A stretch of DNA of 64,000 nt from Eledone cirrhosa (Eukaryota), in the NCBI GenBank assembly GCA_964016885.1, contig OZ024750.1:36704001-36768000 (forward strand), in the 5' to 3' direction. A program made the position numbers and the translations under genes. Of this stretch, positions 12,644 through 25,352 are shown piece after piece; the stretch's first letter is position 1; the number at the start of each line of letters is the position of its first letter. A model generated the notes under the pieces. That model was not told the origin of the DNA. It saw only the letters and a program-made list of their open reading frames with translations, and did no database searches.

Positions 12644-13522
12644 ACTGCTGCTGCTGCTGTTGTTGTTGTTGTAGCTGCTGCTGTTGTTGTTGTATCTGCT
12701 GCTGTTGTTGTTGTATCTGCTGCTGTGGTTGTTGTATATGCTGCTGTTGTTGTTGTATATGCTGCTGTTGTTGTTGTTGTTGTTGTTGTATATCCTGCTG
12801 TTGTTGTTGTTGTATCTGCTGCTGTTGTTGTTGTAGCTGCTGTTGTTGTTGTAGCTGCTGCTGTTGTTGTTGTATCTGCTGCTGTTGTTGTTGTATCTGC
12901 TGCTGTTGTTGTTGTTGTTGTTGTTGTATATGCTGCTGTTGTTGTTGTTGTATCTGCTGCTGTTGTTGTTGTATCTGCTGCTGTTGTTGTTGTAGCTGCT
13001 GCTGTTGTTGTTGTTGTTGTATCTGCTGATGTTGTTGTTGTTGTTGTATCTGCTGCTGTTGTTGTTGTTGTATCTGCTGCTGTTGTTGTTGTTGTTGTAT
13101 CTGCTGCTGTTGTTGTTGTTGTTGTATCTGCTGCTGTTGTTGTTGTTGTTGTATCTGCTGCTGTTGTTGTTGTTGTATCTGCTGCTGTTGTTACTGTCAT
13201 TACTGAGTGTAACTGTCAACAGTGTCATTACTGCTGCTGGTGACTGGCAACTCTGGTAATGACATTGTTTATGTTGTTGTTGTTGTTGATGTTGATGATG
13301 GGGTGGGAGTGGGGGTGATAATGGGAGGAGGGTGGGGATGGTACTGCTGTTTTTGTTGCTGCTGCTGCTTCTAATGTTGCTGTTGCTACAAACAATCACT
13401 GCTGCTGCTGTTGCTGCTATTACTACTACTACAGCTACTACTGCTGATATTGCTGCTGCTGCTACTACTATTACTACTACTACTACTGCTGCTGCTGCTA
13501 CTACTACAGTCACTACTGCTGT

Positions 13523-13553
<31 letters not shown>

Positions 13554-13711
13554 GCTGCTGCTGCTACTACTATTACTGCTACTACTACTGCTACTACTAT
13601 TACTACTACTACTGCTACAACTGCTGCTACTGCTGCTGCTACTACTACTACTATTACTGCTGCTACTACTGTTACTACTACTACTACAGTCACTACTGCT
13701 GCTACTACTAT

Positions 13712-13763
<52 letters not shown>

Positions 13764-13765
13764 GT
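12644..13765. repeat. Compound trinucleotide repeats: (GTT/GCT) block 12644-13200 and (CTA/GCT) block 13400-13765
   Basis: Direct reading; first block has a higher-order unit gtatctgctgct(gtt)n. Confidence 0.95.
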
Positions 13766-14159
13766 TGACACTGACTCAATTAGTGTCACTCTCATTACCT
13801 TTCTTAAAACTTTACAATGTCACCATTTAAACCATTTACTTTAAAGTCAACAAGAGAGCAGCCTTCTGCATCAACACTTGACATGCTAGAAATAGCTACC
13901 AAATCCACCTTGAATTATACCTCACTGTCTCAAATTATCCTCACCAGACCATTGTCTCCCCCCACCCCTGCTACACCCCTGCTACACCCTGATCTGGTGA
14001 GGAACGTGACTGGAACCTCAGCAGCACAAAAAAACAAGAGCTGTTAAAAAGGTGGATGAACTCCTCAGAGTCAAAGACATCCACCCCGACTGGTACGTCT
14101 TAACAGCATTATAAACCCCCCCCCCCCCGCCCCCAGGCAGATCTTACTGTATAGTATAT

Positions 14160-14498
14160 CATCATCATCATCATTTTACGTCCGCTCTTCCCTGCTTGCA
14201 AGGGTGGGACGGGAACTGACTCTGGCTTGATTTCTACAGCTGGATGCCCTTCCTAACACCAACTTCATTTACAGTGAGTGCTGGGTACTTTTTTTGCCGT
14301 GGCGCCTACACGTCCACTTTACAGTGGAATGATAGGGACCCCAGTCCTTATCATCTCATTTCTACAGCTGAGTAAACTGGAGCAATGTGAAATAAAGTGT
14401 CTTGCTCAAGGAAACAACACATCACCCGGTCTGAGAATTGAACTCACAACCTTTTGATTGCAAGGCCAATGCTCTAACCACTAAGCCATGTGCCTTCA
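14160..14498 (-). mobile_element. SINE family A, full length
   Basis: Reverse complement of family A including the (GAT)n tail. Confidence 0.9.
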
Positions 14499-15158
14499 TA
14501 GTATAGAATTTATCAATTGACAGCAAGTCGCTACATACATAGATTACCATGGGCCCCCTATCCTCGTGGGTCCCGGGCAACTGCCCAGCGTGCCCATGCA
14601 TTTAGACAGTCTGCCCCAACTATGGGTTAAATAGCCTCAACTACCCACAATTGGCCAAGCGTGGTGAGTACAGCTACACCCCTGAACACCTGACCAAAAC
14701 TAAACAGAAAGCAGTGAAGGTCAACCAAGGAGGGGTTTGTGGTTCCGCCAACAGGAGCGAGAAGACCCAGGATTGGACTGGATATGTATGTATGTATATA
14801 TATGTATGTGAGTACAGCTACACCCCTGAACACATGACCAAAACTAAGCAGAAAGTGGTGGAGATTAACCAGGGAGGGGTTCTTCCAACAGGAATTAGAA
14901 GGCTCTGGATTCGATCTCAAATAAAAATGAAACATTGGCTATTACAGTCTGAAACATCTGAAAACCAAGATTGGGAGGGAAAACTTTTTGTCATTCATGG
15001 GTTTACATAATCTATTGGTTGTGCTGTAAGTGATGATGATGATGGTGGTGCTCGTGGTGGTGGTGTAAGTGATGATGATTATGATGATGACAACAACGAT
15101 AATCATAATGACAAGGACGATGATGATGATGATGATGACACAGTGGTGATGACCACGT

Positions 15159-15189
<31 letters not shown>

Positions 15190-15510
15190 GATGGCAACTA
15201 TGATGATACCACTGTAAGAATTTATGATATTTCCAATGCTAATGTTGACATTTTTATTACAATTACTGCTGTTGCTGTCATTATCATTGATATCATCTTG
15301 TTAAAATAAATATATTACATGAAATAATTAATTATTTGATTAGAAACTGACAATATCTATTATCTTTTATTATTTTCTCAGATAATTAACATAACTATCA
15401 TCTTCAGAATCCTTCCTTACCTCTTCCATCAAATCATTGCATAAGAAAATGAATGAATAGTTAAGCTATAGAAAGTTATAGACTTATTATAGATTTATAA
15501 TTTAGCTTAA

Positions 15511-15894
15511 CTCTTTAGCATTCATATTTTTTTTATATATATGCGGTGGATTGGCAGTATCGGTAGAGGGTCGGATGCCATGCTTTCCAGCATAGTTACG
15601 TCCCTTTATGATCTGAGTTCAAATCCCGCCGAGGTTGACTTTGCCTTTCATCCTTATGGGGTCGATAAAATAAAGTACCAGTAATGCACTGGGTAATTGC
15701 TGGCCTTGTGCCTAAAGTAGAAACAATTATTTTATATATACTATTATATTTTCATGGTAAAGGCTTTCCCTCGCTTAATTATCTCACATAATATCAAATC
15801 CATGAGACTTTGAAATGAGAACAATACCTTAACATCAGTTTGAGTGACCAGTTACAGCCAGTTTCAACAGAAAAAGGTAGAGAATTCTGGCCGG
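15511..15894 (+). mobile_element. piggyBac-like MITE D interrupted by SINE B (15543-15730)
   Basis: TTAA-ctctttagcatt start, TTAA end; SINE B flanked by ttttatatata duplication. Confidence 0.7.
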
Positions 15895-15950
15895 TTAAGA
15901 AAATAACATGCTAAGATATATTATACTTCTCAGACAAGACTAATACTTAA

Positions 15951-16161
15951 CCCTTTAGCATTTAAACCAGCCAGAATTCTCTCACCTCTTTCTTTTCAAA
16001 CCGGCCATAACCGGCCGCGCATACTGATGTTAAACCATTGTTCTCAAAATAAATAATATCAAAATCTCATAGATTCGATATTATGTGAGATAATTATGTG
16101 AAATAAAGTGTTTACCATGAAAATGCAATAGTAAATATGAAGTAATGTAAATGCTAAATGG
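15951..16161 (-). mobile_element. piggyBac-like MITE D
   Basis: TTAA ccctttagcattt ... aaatgctaaatgg TTAA terminal inverted repeats with TTAA duplication. Confidence 0.8.
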
Positions 16162-16718
16162 TTAAACTCTTTTGTATTAAGGTTGTTTGAGAATGTAATG
16201 CTTGCTGGTTAGTTGTTCTTCCTCTGAAAATCCTCCTGCTGTCTGCTTGCCCTGTCTCCAGTTTCCACCTAGTACATCTCAGACAACCCTAATACTTAAA
16301 TTGCTCAGTCTATGATATTAATTTGTTTGACTGAAGCAACCTCTAAGTGATTGCTTTAATTGATAGAACTATTAGCCAACGCTTCTTCAAATTACATCCG
16401 ACCAGCTTGAAAAGAGAAAGATAAATGTGTACCTAGGATCATGTAGTCGATTCTACCATCTTGAAAAGGGAAAGAGATAAATGTACCGGGATCATTTTCT
16501 CTCTCTATTTATGTGCATATCTCTCACTTGTGCTCTCTATATAGATGAGGGTGACATCATAACTTTCTCTTTATCTACCTCTGTTACCTCAAAAACACAC
16601 AGAATTCCCTTTTCTTTCTCTCTCTATGTACATATGTCTTGCTTGGTGCTCCCTCTTTAGAGATAAAGTGAGTGTGATGGACAGATGGACTGACAGACAA
16701 TACTCTTATAATATAGGC

Positions 16719-17070
16719 CAGAGGTTCTCAAACTTTTTGGGCCACCGCACCACGCACGGCTGCATAATACCCTCATCAATCCCAACCCCTATTTCCAGAA
16801 AGATCTACCTAAATGCAAATTGTAAATAGTATATTATAAATAAAATCATTAATTTATATCTAATAAATAATATAATATATATTATGTATGAATAAATATT
16901 ATATATTTTTTTCATTTTACTAAATTTATATATAATGTGTATCATTTGATATTTAATATAGTATTATATCATCTCTACCGACCATCCTCCACCACCCCTT
17001 AGGCCCTAGTGCTCCCTGGACCTTCTCAATGCTACCAGGAAAGCGGTAGCACCCACTTTGAGAACCTCTG
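16719..17070. mobile_element. hAT (Charlie-like) MITE
   Basis: TIR cagaggttctcaaa / tttgagaacctctg; imperfect 8-bp TSD atataggc / atatagat. Confidence 0.75.
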
Positions 17071-17381
17071 ATATAGATTAAACCATAATCTTCATATTTC
17101 AAGGAAATAATCAAAGATTAGAAATAATAGTAGTAGAAGGATTAATGTAAAAGAAAGCAAGGCTGAGCCATATAAAGCCATGTTAACAATAAAGTTGCAT
17201 GAGAATCAATATAACATTCCTAGAGTCAGCAATGATACAATCAATGAATCTGTCCGAAATTTCTGGAATAAAAAACAAAAAAAAACAGAAAAACAAAACA
17301 AAAACAAAACAAAATAAAAAAAAACAGTTTTGATGGCTGCTGTTTTACTAAGTATCAGTTGCAACAGTCTATTTTCAGTTT

Positions 17382-17383
<2 letters not shown>

Positions 17384-17435
<52 letters not shown>

Positions 17436-17515
17436 GTCATCATCAACACCACCATCACCATCATCGTCATCATCAACACCACAGTCACCATCACCATCGT
17501 CAGCATCATCATCAC

Positions 17516-17589
<74 letters not shown>

Positions 17590-17860
17590 CCACCATCACC
17601 ATCATTACCATCATCACCATCATCATCAACATCATCGTCATCATCATTGTCATCATCATCATCAACACTATCATCATCATCACCATCATCAACATCATCA
17701 ACATCATCAACATCGTCATCATCACCACCATCACCATCATTACCATCATCATCACCATCCTCATCATCATCATCATCAACATCATCACCACCAGCACCAT
17801 CACCATCATCATCATCACCATCATTACCATCATCACCATCATCATCATCAACACCATTAT
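17384..17860. repeat. (CAT/CAC)n microsatellite
   Basis: Direct reading; source of the poly-H/S/D/M ORFs. Confidence 0.95.
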
Positions 17861-17865
17861 TATTT

Positions 17866-18590
17866 TGGCAGTATCGGTAGAACACCAGACACCATGCTTT
17901 GCAGTATAGAGTTGTGGCCCTTTATGGTCTGAGTTCATATCCCGCCGAGCTCAAATTTGCCTTTCATCCTTACGGGGGGTCGAGAAAATAAAGTACCAGT
18001 AATGTACTGGGTAATTGTTGGCCTTGTGCCAAAAATAGCTCAAATCTCGCCGAGGTTATCTTTGCCTTTCATCCTTATCATCATTACGGTAATTCAGTGG
18101 GCTCAATTTAATCGACCTTCCCCTCCCCTTCAAATTGCTGGCCTTGTACCTAAAGTAGAAACAATTATTATCAATTATTAACAATTATTATTAGATACAT
18201 GTATCAGTGGATTGGGCGGTGGATTGGCAGTATCGGTAGAGGGTCGGACGCCATGCTTTGCAGCATAGTTACGTCCCTTTACGATCTGAGTTCAAATCCC
18301 GCCGAGGTTAACTTTGCCTTTCATCCTTACGGAGCGATAAAATAAAGTACCAGTAATGCACTGGGTACTTGCTGGCCTTGTGCCTAAAAGTAGAAACAAT
18401 TATTAGATACATGTATCGGTAGCAGGTCGAACGCCATGCTTTGACTCATAGAGTTACGGCCCTTGCCATTCTGAGTTCAAATCCCGCCAAGGTTAACTTT
18501 GCCTTTCATCCTTACGGGGTCGATAAAATAAAGTACCAGTAATGTACTGGGTAATTGCTGGCCTTGTGCCAAAAGTAGAAACAATTATTA
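17866..18590 (+). mobile_element. Cluster of SINE B copies (17866-18170, 18214-18402, 18411-18590)
   Basis: Repeated family B consensus; attattagatacat occurs three times around the last two copies. Confidence 0.85.
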
Positions 18591-18600
18591 GATACATATA

Positions 18601-19004
18601 TCTAAAACAGAGAATGTCTGTCTGACTCCCTAAAACTCGAGAACCACCCAACTGACTTTTTACAAACTTTACACATGAAATACTTATGGTCCTGTGAGTG
18701 TTTTCAGAAAAAAAATTTCAAATTTTCAATTCCCTACGGCATTAGGCGATTTAACGATCTCTCTCTATAATTCTTAGTCTTTCTTTTTAGATAGATAATA
18801 ACGTTGTGTCCTTATAATATCTGTCTGTATGACTGGATGTCTGCATTGTGACATTATGACGCCGTGTGTGTGTGTGCATATATATATAGTGTGTAACGTT
18901 TTTCGAAATATTTACTTCTGCATTCACAAATTGATTTTTTTTAGTTTCAGAAGATCCCGTTAAGGGTGAAAGCAGCGATTCTTTGCTTAAACTTTAATCT
19001 GTTA

Positions 19005-19035
<31 letters not shown>

Positions 19036-19329
19036 GCAAAAGTTCTATTTAAAACTGATATATATTGTATTTTGTCTGATGAAAGCATACCATAATTTAA
19101 CATGGTATCCTTGAAATATGTATAATAAAATAGATATGGTTTTATAAATATAGTTTCCATTTTTTAATATCGTATATATATATATATATAATTATATATT
19201 TGTGTACAGATATTTTTGTATACACAATAACAAAATATAAACAAACATATTTATTTTACAAGGCGCGATAAGGATAAATATATAAGAACCCTAGAGCAAA
19301 TCCCAAGCAACGCCGGGCCATTCTGCTAG
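18601..19329 (+). mobile_element. Non-autonomous Helitron-like element containing an HHR element insertion
   Basis: A|TC 5' end (tctaaaacagagaatgtctgtc), subterminal ccc..gcaacgccggg hairpin, CTAG|T 3' end, no TSD. Confidence 0.7.
19068..19132 (+). ncRNA. Minimal type I hammerhead ribozyme motif (family H1)
   Basis: tattttgt CTGATGA aagcataccat-loop-atggtatcctt GAA ATATGTAT A ataaaata: 8-bp stem I, near-palindromic stem III, AUA triplet. Confidence 0.65.
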
Positions 19330-19343
19330 TTATTACTATTATA

Positions 19344-19670
19344 AGTTCAAATCCCGCCGAGGTTAACTTTGCCTTTCATCCTTACGGGGTCAATAAAATA
19401 AAGTACCAGTAATACACTGGGTATTTGTGGCCATGTGCCAAAAAGTAGAAACAATTATTATTATTATTAAGGGCAGTGGATTGGCAGTATCATTAGAGAG
19501 TTGGACTCCATGCTTTGCAGCATAGAGTTACGGCCCTTTATGATCTGAGTTCAAATCCCGCTGAGGTTGACTTAACCTTTCATCCTTGCAGGGTAGATAA
19601 AATAAAGTACCAGTAATGCACTGGGATAATTGCTGGCCTTGTGCCAAAAGTAGAAACAATTATTATTATT
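19344..19670 (+). mobile_element. Two tandem SINE B copies
   Basis: Family B consensus, (ATT)n tails. Confidence 0.85.
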
Positions 19671-19849
19671 AGTTGTGGTTTTTTTTAGTGGAGATAAGTG
19701 CTTCCTAAATAATTAATTAGAAATGGTTTCATATGTTTCGTCTCAAAAGGTTTTTCTATATGTTTTATTTTCTTTCTATTTCAAGCAATAGTTTTTTTGT
19801 GATATTATTGTTTTGACATCTTAGTTAATAATCTCCCTGGCAACCAACT

Positions 19850-20155
19850 GAAAGCAGTAACAAAAAACAGTAAAAACAGCAGTAAAAACAGTAAAAAAAA
19901 AAGTATTTTAAAAACAGTATAAAAAAAACACTAACTAAAAATTGTTTAAAAAATAGTTAAAACAGTCATGAAACAGTTAAAACAGTTTAAAAAAAAACAG
20001 TAAGTAAAAAGTGTTAAAAAACAGTAATGAAACAGTTAAAAATAGTAAAGAATGGCAAAAACCCCAAGTAAAAACAGAAAGACAGCGTAAAAACAGGAAA
20101 GATCAGTAAAAAACAGTTAAACAGTAAAAAAAAACCCAGTAAATTACAGTAAAAC
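19850..20155. repeat. Degenerate ~10-bp (aaaaacagt) tandem repeat
   Basis: Direct reading. Confidence 0.75.
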
Positions 20156-20385
20156 AAAATGTTGGTTTATAAAAAAGGATGATTATTTCTTCTTGTTTAT
20201 GTTTGTCATGTGTTTATGTTTCTCACTTCATCCTTGCAATTATCATCGTCATCATTGGATATATTAAAGCTCTGACGTCTGGCAACTGACTTGGTAAACA
20301 CCCACAAAATTATTAACCATCTTGCCAACAACAACCCTAAGCACCTTTTTGAATTCCATGTCTAACATCTGTGGACATGTTTATC

Positions 20386-20875
20386 ATCATCATCATTTTA
20401 CGTCCGCTTTTCCCTGCTTGCAAGGGTGGGACGGGTCTTATTCAGCACAGCATCTCTCCACTTGTCACGGTCCTTCGTCATCTCCACCATGAGCTTCAAT
20501 GATCTGAGGTCTGTTCTCACCACCTCCGCCCATGTTTTTCGTGGTCTACCACGTCTTCCTTCAACTGGCATTTCCTGGCACTTCTTCACCCATCGGTCAT
20601 CCTCCATGCGCATCACATGTCCATACCACCTCAGTCTCCTCTCTCGCACACTACATTCTATCCCTCTCAGACACAGTTTCTCTCTCAACACATTCATGCT
20701 GGGTCATTCACACACATTGACATTGCACATTCAACGGAGCATGCTTGCCTCATTTCTCTCCAGCTGTTGCATATCCTCTGCAGTTGCTGCCAATGTCTCA
20801 CTACCATGCAGCATTGCACTCCTCACACAAGCATCATATAACTGGCCTTTCGTACCCAGGGAAATAGGCCTTTAG
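20386..20875 (-). mobile_element. 5'-truncated RTE LINE 3' end
   Basis: RERRLRWYGHVMRM...GRRGRPRKTW...DRDKWR, stop, then (GAT)n tail. Confidence 0.9.
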
Positions 20876-21163
20876 TACGCAGGGAGAAAGGCCTTTCAAA
20901 ATCAGAAAACAGTACAGCTCCCATGACTTTCAGAAACATTTTTCCCGCTCGGAGTTGCTGAAGCATAGAACAAACTACCTGCATCAATTCTTAGTTGTTG
21001 GGATGCTGCATCCTTTAAAATTTCCGAGCTTCCCGAAATTTGCCAACATTACACCTGATATTCCGTCTCCATACTCGCACACACATGTATCTGTGTGTAT
21101 ATCATGACTCATACACTGTTCACTTTCCTGACATTTGTACGTTATTTTATGTACTATACATAG

Positions 21164-21500
21164 ACGCACATGGCTTAGTGGTTAGAGCATTAGCCTGCAA
21201 TCGAAAGGTTGTGAGTTCAATTCTCAGACCGGGTGATGTCTTTTTTCCTTGAGCAAGACACTTTATTTCACATTGCTCCAGTTTACTCAGCTGTAGAAAT
21301 GAGATGATAGAGACTGGGGTCCCTATCATTCCACTGCAAAGTGGTCGTGGAGGTGCCACGGCAAAAAAGCACCCAGCACTCACTGTAAATGAGGTTGGTG
21401 TTAGGAAGGGCATCCAGCTGTAGAAATCAAGCCAGAATCAGTTCCCGTCCCACCCTTGCAAGCAGAAAAGCGGACGTAAAATGATGATGATGATGATGAT
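21164..21500 (+). mobile_element. SINE family A, full length
   Basis: Consensus match; atacata flanking duplication. Confidence 0.9.
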
Positions 21501-21831
21501 ACATACACCTTTGATGAGTTGTAGTACACCTGAGCACTGTACACAATAATTTTCATTATTATCTTTTTCTTTTTATTATTATCATTGTCATTTTCATCCT
21601 GACTGCCGTTGACACTACTGCTGTCACTTGCATCACCACTACCACCAACAAGGACATCACCACCAATGACATCATCAGCACCACAATGATCACCACCACA
21701 ATCACCACCGCCAACACCACCACCACTTATGAAACTGAAAATACTGGTTTCTGAATTTCAGCAGGTCATCCAAATGTGTGTGTATGTGTGCTTATATACA
21801 TGTATGTATGTGTATATATATATATATATAT

Positions 21832-22434
21832 CACTGATGAGGGACTCATTTTATAACATGTAATCCATGTGCAACCATGCAGTATTCTTCTCCCCATATT
21901 TTTCACATATATTTACCTAAACTGCAATTCTGTGTTTCTCTCTTTCTCTCTTACTGCTCCCTCGTTCTCTCTGTTTCTCTTACTTTCTTTCGTCCCCTCT
22001 GTCATGTCAGTTAACACTTTCTCTCTACTGACCTCTTCCTCGCACTTCCACTCACTCACTCTCTGTTTCTCCCCTTCTTACCTCCTCCCGTTCGCTACGA
22101 AAACGATTTTCCTTCTTTCTTACATCGGATTCACTAGCGGAAGGTCTGTTTCTTACTCGAACATGTATTCAAACAGCTTATACTGACAGAATAACCATGT
22201 TGCTTGTGTTTCTTTCTATCTTTGGTTAGCTTTCCCCTGTGTTGTTTACTTGTCTCACTCGCTTTACGCGTTTCAATTGTCCTAATAACTTATTTTAGTT
22301 ATTATCGCACCAACGTGAGGTATATGATTTTTAATGCGATGAAATACCAATGATCGTTGGCAAATCACTGATGAGGGACTCATTTTATAACATGTAATCC
22401 ATGTGCAACCATGCAGTATTCTTCTCCCCATATT

Positions 22435-22442
<8 letters not shown>
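21832..22442 (+). mobile_element. Non-coding Penelope/retrozyme-like element with terminal direct repeats (21832-21910 and 22365-22442), flanked by (TA)n
   Basis: ~78-bp direct repeat starting tcactgatgagggactc; pyrimidine-rich body; related minus-strand copy at ~41495-41765. Confidence 0.65.
22310..22377 (+). ncRNA. Candidate permuted (pseudoknotted) hammerhead ribozyme
   Basis: ccaacg-tga-GGTAT-A-TGATTTt-taatgcgat-GAA-ATACC-aatgat-cgttgg-cAAATCA-CTGATGA: stems III and I plus a clamp helix all pair. Confidence 0.6.
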
Positions 22443-22495
<53 letters not shown>

Positions 22496-22801
22496 TATAC
22501 ATATATATGTGTGTGTGTGTGTGTATGTGTTATATACTTGTATGTGGAAGAACGGACGTAAAACGGTGATGATGATGATGATGATGATGATATATATATA
22601 TTATGGAATACTGTTGGCTTCTTGCTACAATAATTTAATATTCTTTTCATTTATATATATATATATCTATATGTGTGTGTGTCTGTATGTTTATATACAT
22701 GTACATATGTGTATGTGTCTGTGTACATGTACATATATATGAGCCTGTGTGTATATTTATATACATGTATATGTATATATGACTATGTGTGTATACATCT
22801 T

Positions 22802-22832
<31 letters not shown>

Positions 22833-23508
22833 TTGTGTTGTGCTTTTGTACAAATATTCTATTTGTGCTGCGCTTTTTTAAAACTGATCTTCTTGTATGT
22901 TAACTTTTAAAATTTATAAGGGAAACCATTCTGTGATTCTCTCCTTGTAAATAATATATTAAATAATCTACCCATATATGCAGGAAGGCGTTGTTTAAAC
23001 TGATCATCTGCCCACTTGTTAGTCAACATTAATATGGTTTAAATTCAGAAACAAGTTTTTTCAGTATCATAGGGCCTCATAAATAATGTTTTCCGTAGAT
23101 TTTTTTTTTTCTATTAATATTGTCAACATGTTATTTCTTCTGGAAATGTTCTAAAAACTGTTTATCTCCATCATTGCTTTCATTGGTATTGTGGTAGCTG
23201 CTGCTATCATAAAATTTATTATGTTACTCTATTTTTCTCATATTAATGAAGGTTGAATAAGTTTACAAACCTTTGCTCTGACAGCTAGCAATGTTTTTCT
23301 AATATTTCCATGTTGCTAACAACAACCCTGATATTCCCTCTCCATATACATGCTGGCATGTATCTGTGTGTATATCAAGACTCATACACTGTTCACTTTC
23401 CTGACATTTGCACATTATTCTATGTACTATACATGCACCTTTGATGAGTTGTATTGCACTTGAGCACTGTACACAATAATTTCATTATTATTATTATTAT
23501 TATTATTT

Positions 23509-23730
23509 CCTTTATCTTGCTTTATGTTCACATGAGTTATCACCAAGTCACAACCAGTGACTTCAAAAGACAACAAGGTCTACCCTGTTCAAGAAAGAAC
23601 ATACATACACACACATGCATCTTTAGGTGTTTAGACTTGTGATGTACTTATATTGACAGAATCTTCCTTAGTATATGGGCAGTTCCCATTAGTACTATCT
23701 TTTGTATTTCTTCTATACGTCCCATTTGTA
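23509..23730 (-). mobile_element. R4/Dong-clade LINE extreme 3' end
   Basis: IEEIQKIVLMGTAHILRKILSI*, then 3' UTR ending in (TAA)n. Confidence 0.7.
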
Positions 23731-23857
23731 AGAAGAATTATTATATCACAATTGTTTTAAATATGTAAAAATCAAAAACTTATGGAAGCGATTCCACAAT
23801 ATTCTATCCACCACGTGCGTCTTCTTCCCTTCTTCCTCATTATTATTATTATTATAG

Positions 23858-25352
23858 TTCTTTGAGTCTCAGTCATTGATGTTATTTAAATGGAAAGTTT
23901 GTTGAAATGAATATCAAGCCGCTACCTGCAGCCTCAGATATTCAGGACGTATTGGAGGGTTCTTGCTGTTCCCAGCAAGCATGCCTTTTGAAGTGTTCCA
24001 AAAAACGGGGCGGGACCAATTTTCTTTAACCATCCTTGGAAACTCTTTGAGATAGTACCTAGTGCGCCTATGACAATCGGGACCACTTTGACTTCATGGC
24101 AGTTCCAAATCCTTTTTACCTCCCACTTTAAGTCCTGGTATCGGTTAATTTTCTCCCTCTCCTTCTCTTGCACTCTTGTATTGAATGGGCAGGCTAAAAC
24201 CACAATCAGACACAATCTTTTTTCCTTGTCCAAAACCACCAGATCAGGTCTGTTATGTTCCAGTTTCTTGTCCGTCTGTATCCTAAAATCCCACAGCACC
24301 TTCACCTGATCGTTTTCTATTACCGACTCTGGCTTATGCTCATACCACTTCTCAGAATGTGGTAAATTGTTTACTTTGCATAGGTGCCAGTGGATCACCC
24401 TGCCCATCACATCATGTCTCCAGCCTTTATAGTGAGTCTGGGCTAGGTGTTTACACTTGGATACAATGTGAGCCACAGTCTCCTCTCTCTCTCTCCACAG
24501 ATCCTACACAGTGGGCTAGCCTCCTCCTTGTAAATATGGTGTTTCAGCCACTTCGTTTTGAGGGCCTGCTCTTGCGCAGACATTAGCATTCCTTCTGTAG
24601 CCTTTTTAAGGTCTCCTCTTTTCAACCAGTTCCATGTCTGTGGATCTCTGAATTCAGTTTTCTCAAAGAAGGTACTATGAAGGGATTTTTCATGAAGGTT
24701 GCTCTTTCTCCTTGATGTTATTTCCTCCTTGGACATCCCCTGGTCTACTGTCCTCTCCTTCAGTACAATTCTGAGCATAGGCTCCCTACTATCAGTCACG
24801 TATTTGTGTAGGTTGTTTTTCTCCATCTGAACACAGTCCTCTATGCTGATAAGACCTCTTCCACCTTCAGATCTCCTTAAGTAGAGTCTATCAACATCAC
24901 TCCTCTTGTGGAAATGTTGTAGATAGTCAATAGCTTCCTAGTCTTCCTATCCATTTCTTTTTGTTCAGCAACATTCCATCTCAGAATTCCCGCACTGTAC
25001 CTAATAATAGACACAGCTCGGGAATTTACTGCACTTATAGCATTCCAACTGTTCAGATGGGATCTTAATACGCTCCTTACTCTCTGAATGTATTCAGATC
25101 TTATCAATTCCTTTATTTTTTGTTCTTGATATCACAGCCTCCAGAACACCTAAATATTTGTATCCTTCTTCAGTGTCAATTTCCTTTATCCTCTCACCTG
25201 TTGGTACCTGGATTCCGTTGCTTCTGCTCAATTTACCCCTCTTCATCACAAGGACTCCACACTTACTAATACCAAATTGCATACATATATCATTGCTGAA
25301 AATACGGACAGTGTCAACAAGTACATCCAACTCCTTCTCACTCTCACTCTTC
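23858..25352 (-). mobile_element. 5'-truncated R4/Dong-clade RLE LINE (end of RT, CCHC finger, restriction-like endonuclease), frameshifted
   Basis: FGISKC, YKYLG, CRICG...HIVSKC, RHD, WDFRIQTD...NRPDLVV...KINRY, PIVIGALG, QKACLLGT across ORFs 25094, 24877, 24443 and 23934; both ends lie in (TAA)n. Confidence 0.9.

Larger units (their letters stand above)
20265..21560 (+). mobile_element. CR1-like LINE 3' end interrupted by an RTE fragment and a SINE A; 3' UTR copy also at ~23310-23490
   Basis: RLATDLVNTHKII...GH before the RTE insert, then FKIRKQYSSHDFQKHFF..VAEA*NKLPAS...SFK after it (CR1 C-terminal RxxFFxxRVxxxWNxLP pattern). Confidence 0.65.

Noticed and set aside
12608-13844. Long ORFs (395 aa and others) of poly-V/N/T/L
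   Set aside because: Trinucleotide repeats open in several frames on both strands.
17330-17938. Poly-His/Asp/Ser/Met ORFs
   Set aside because: (CAT)n microsatellite.
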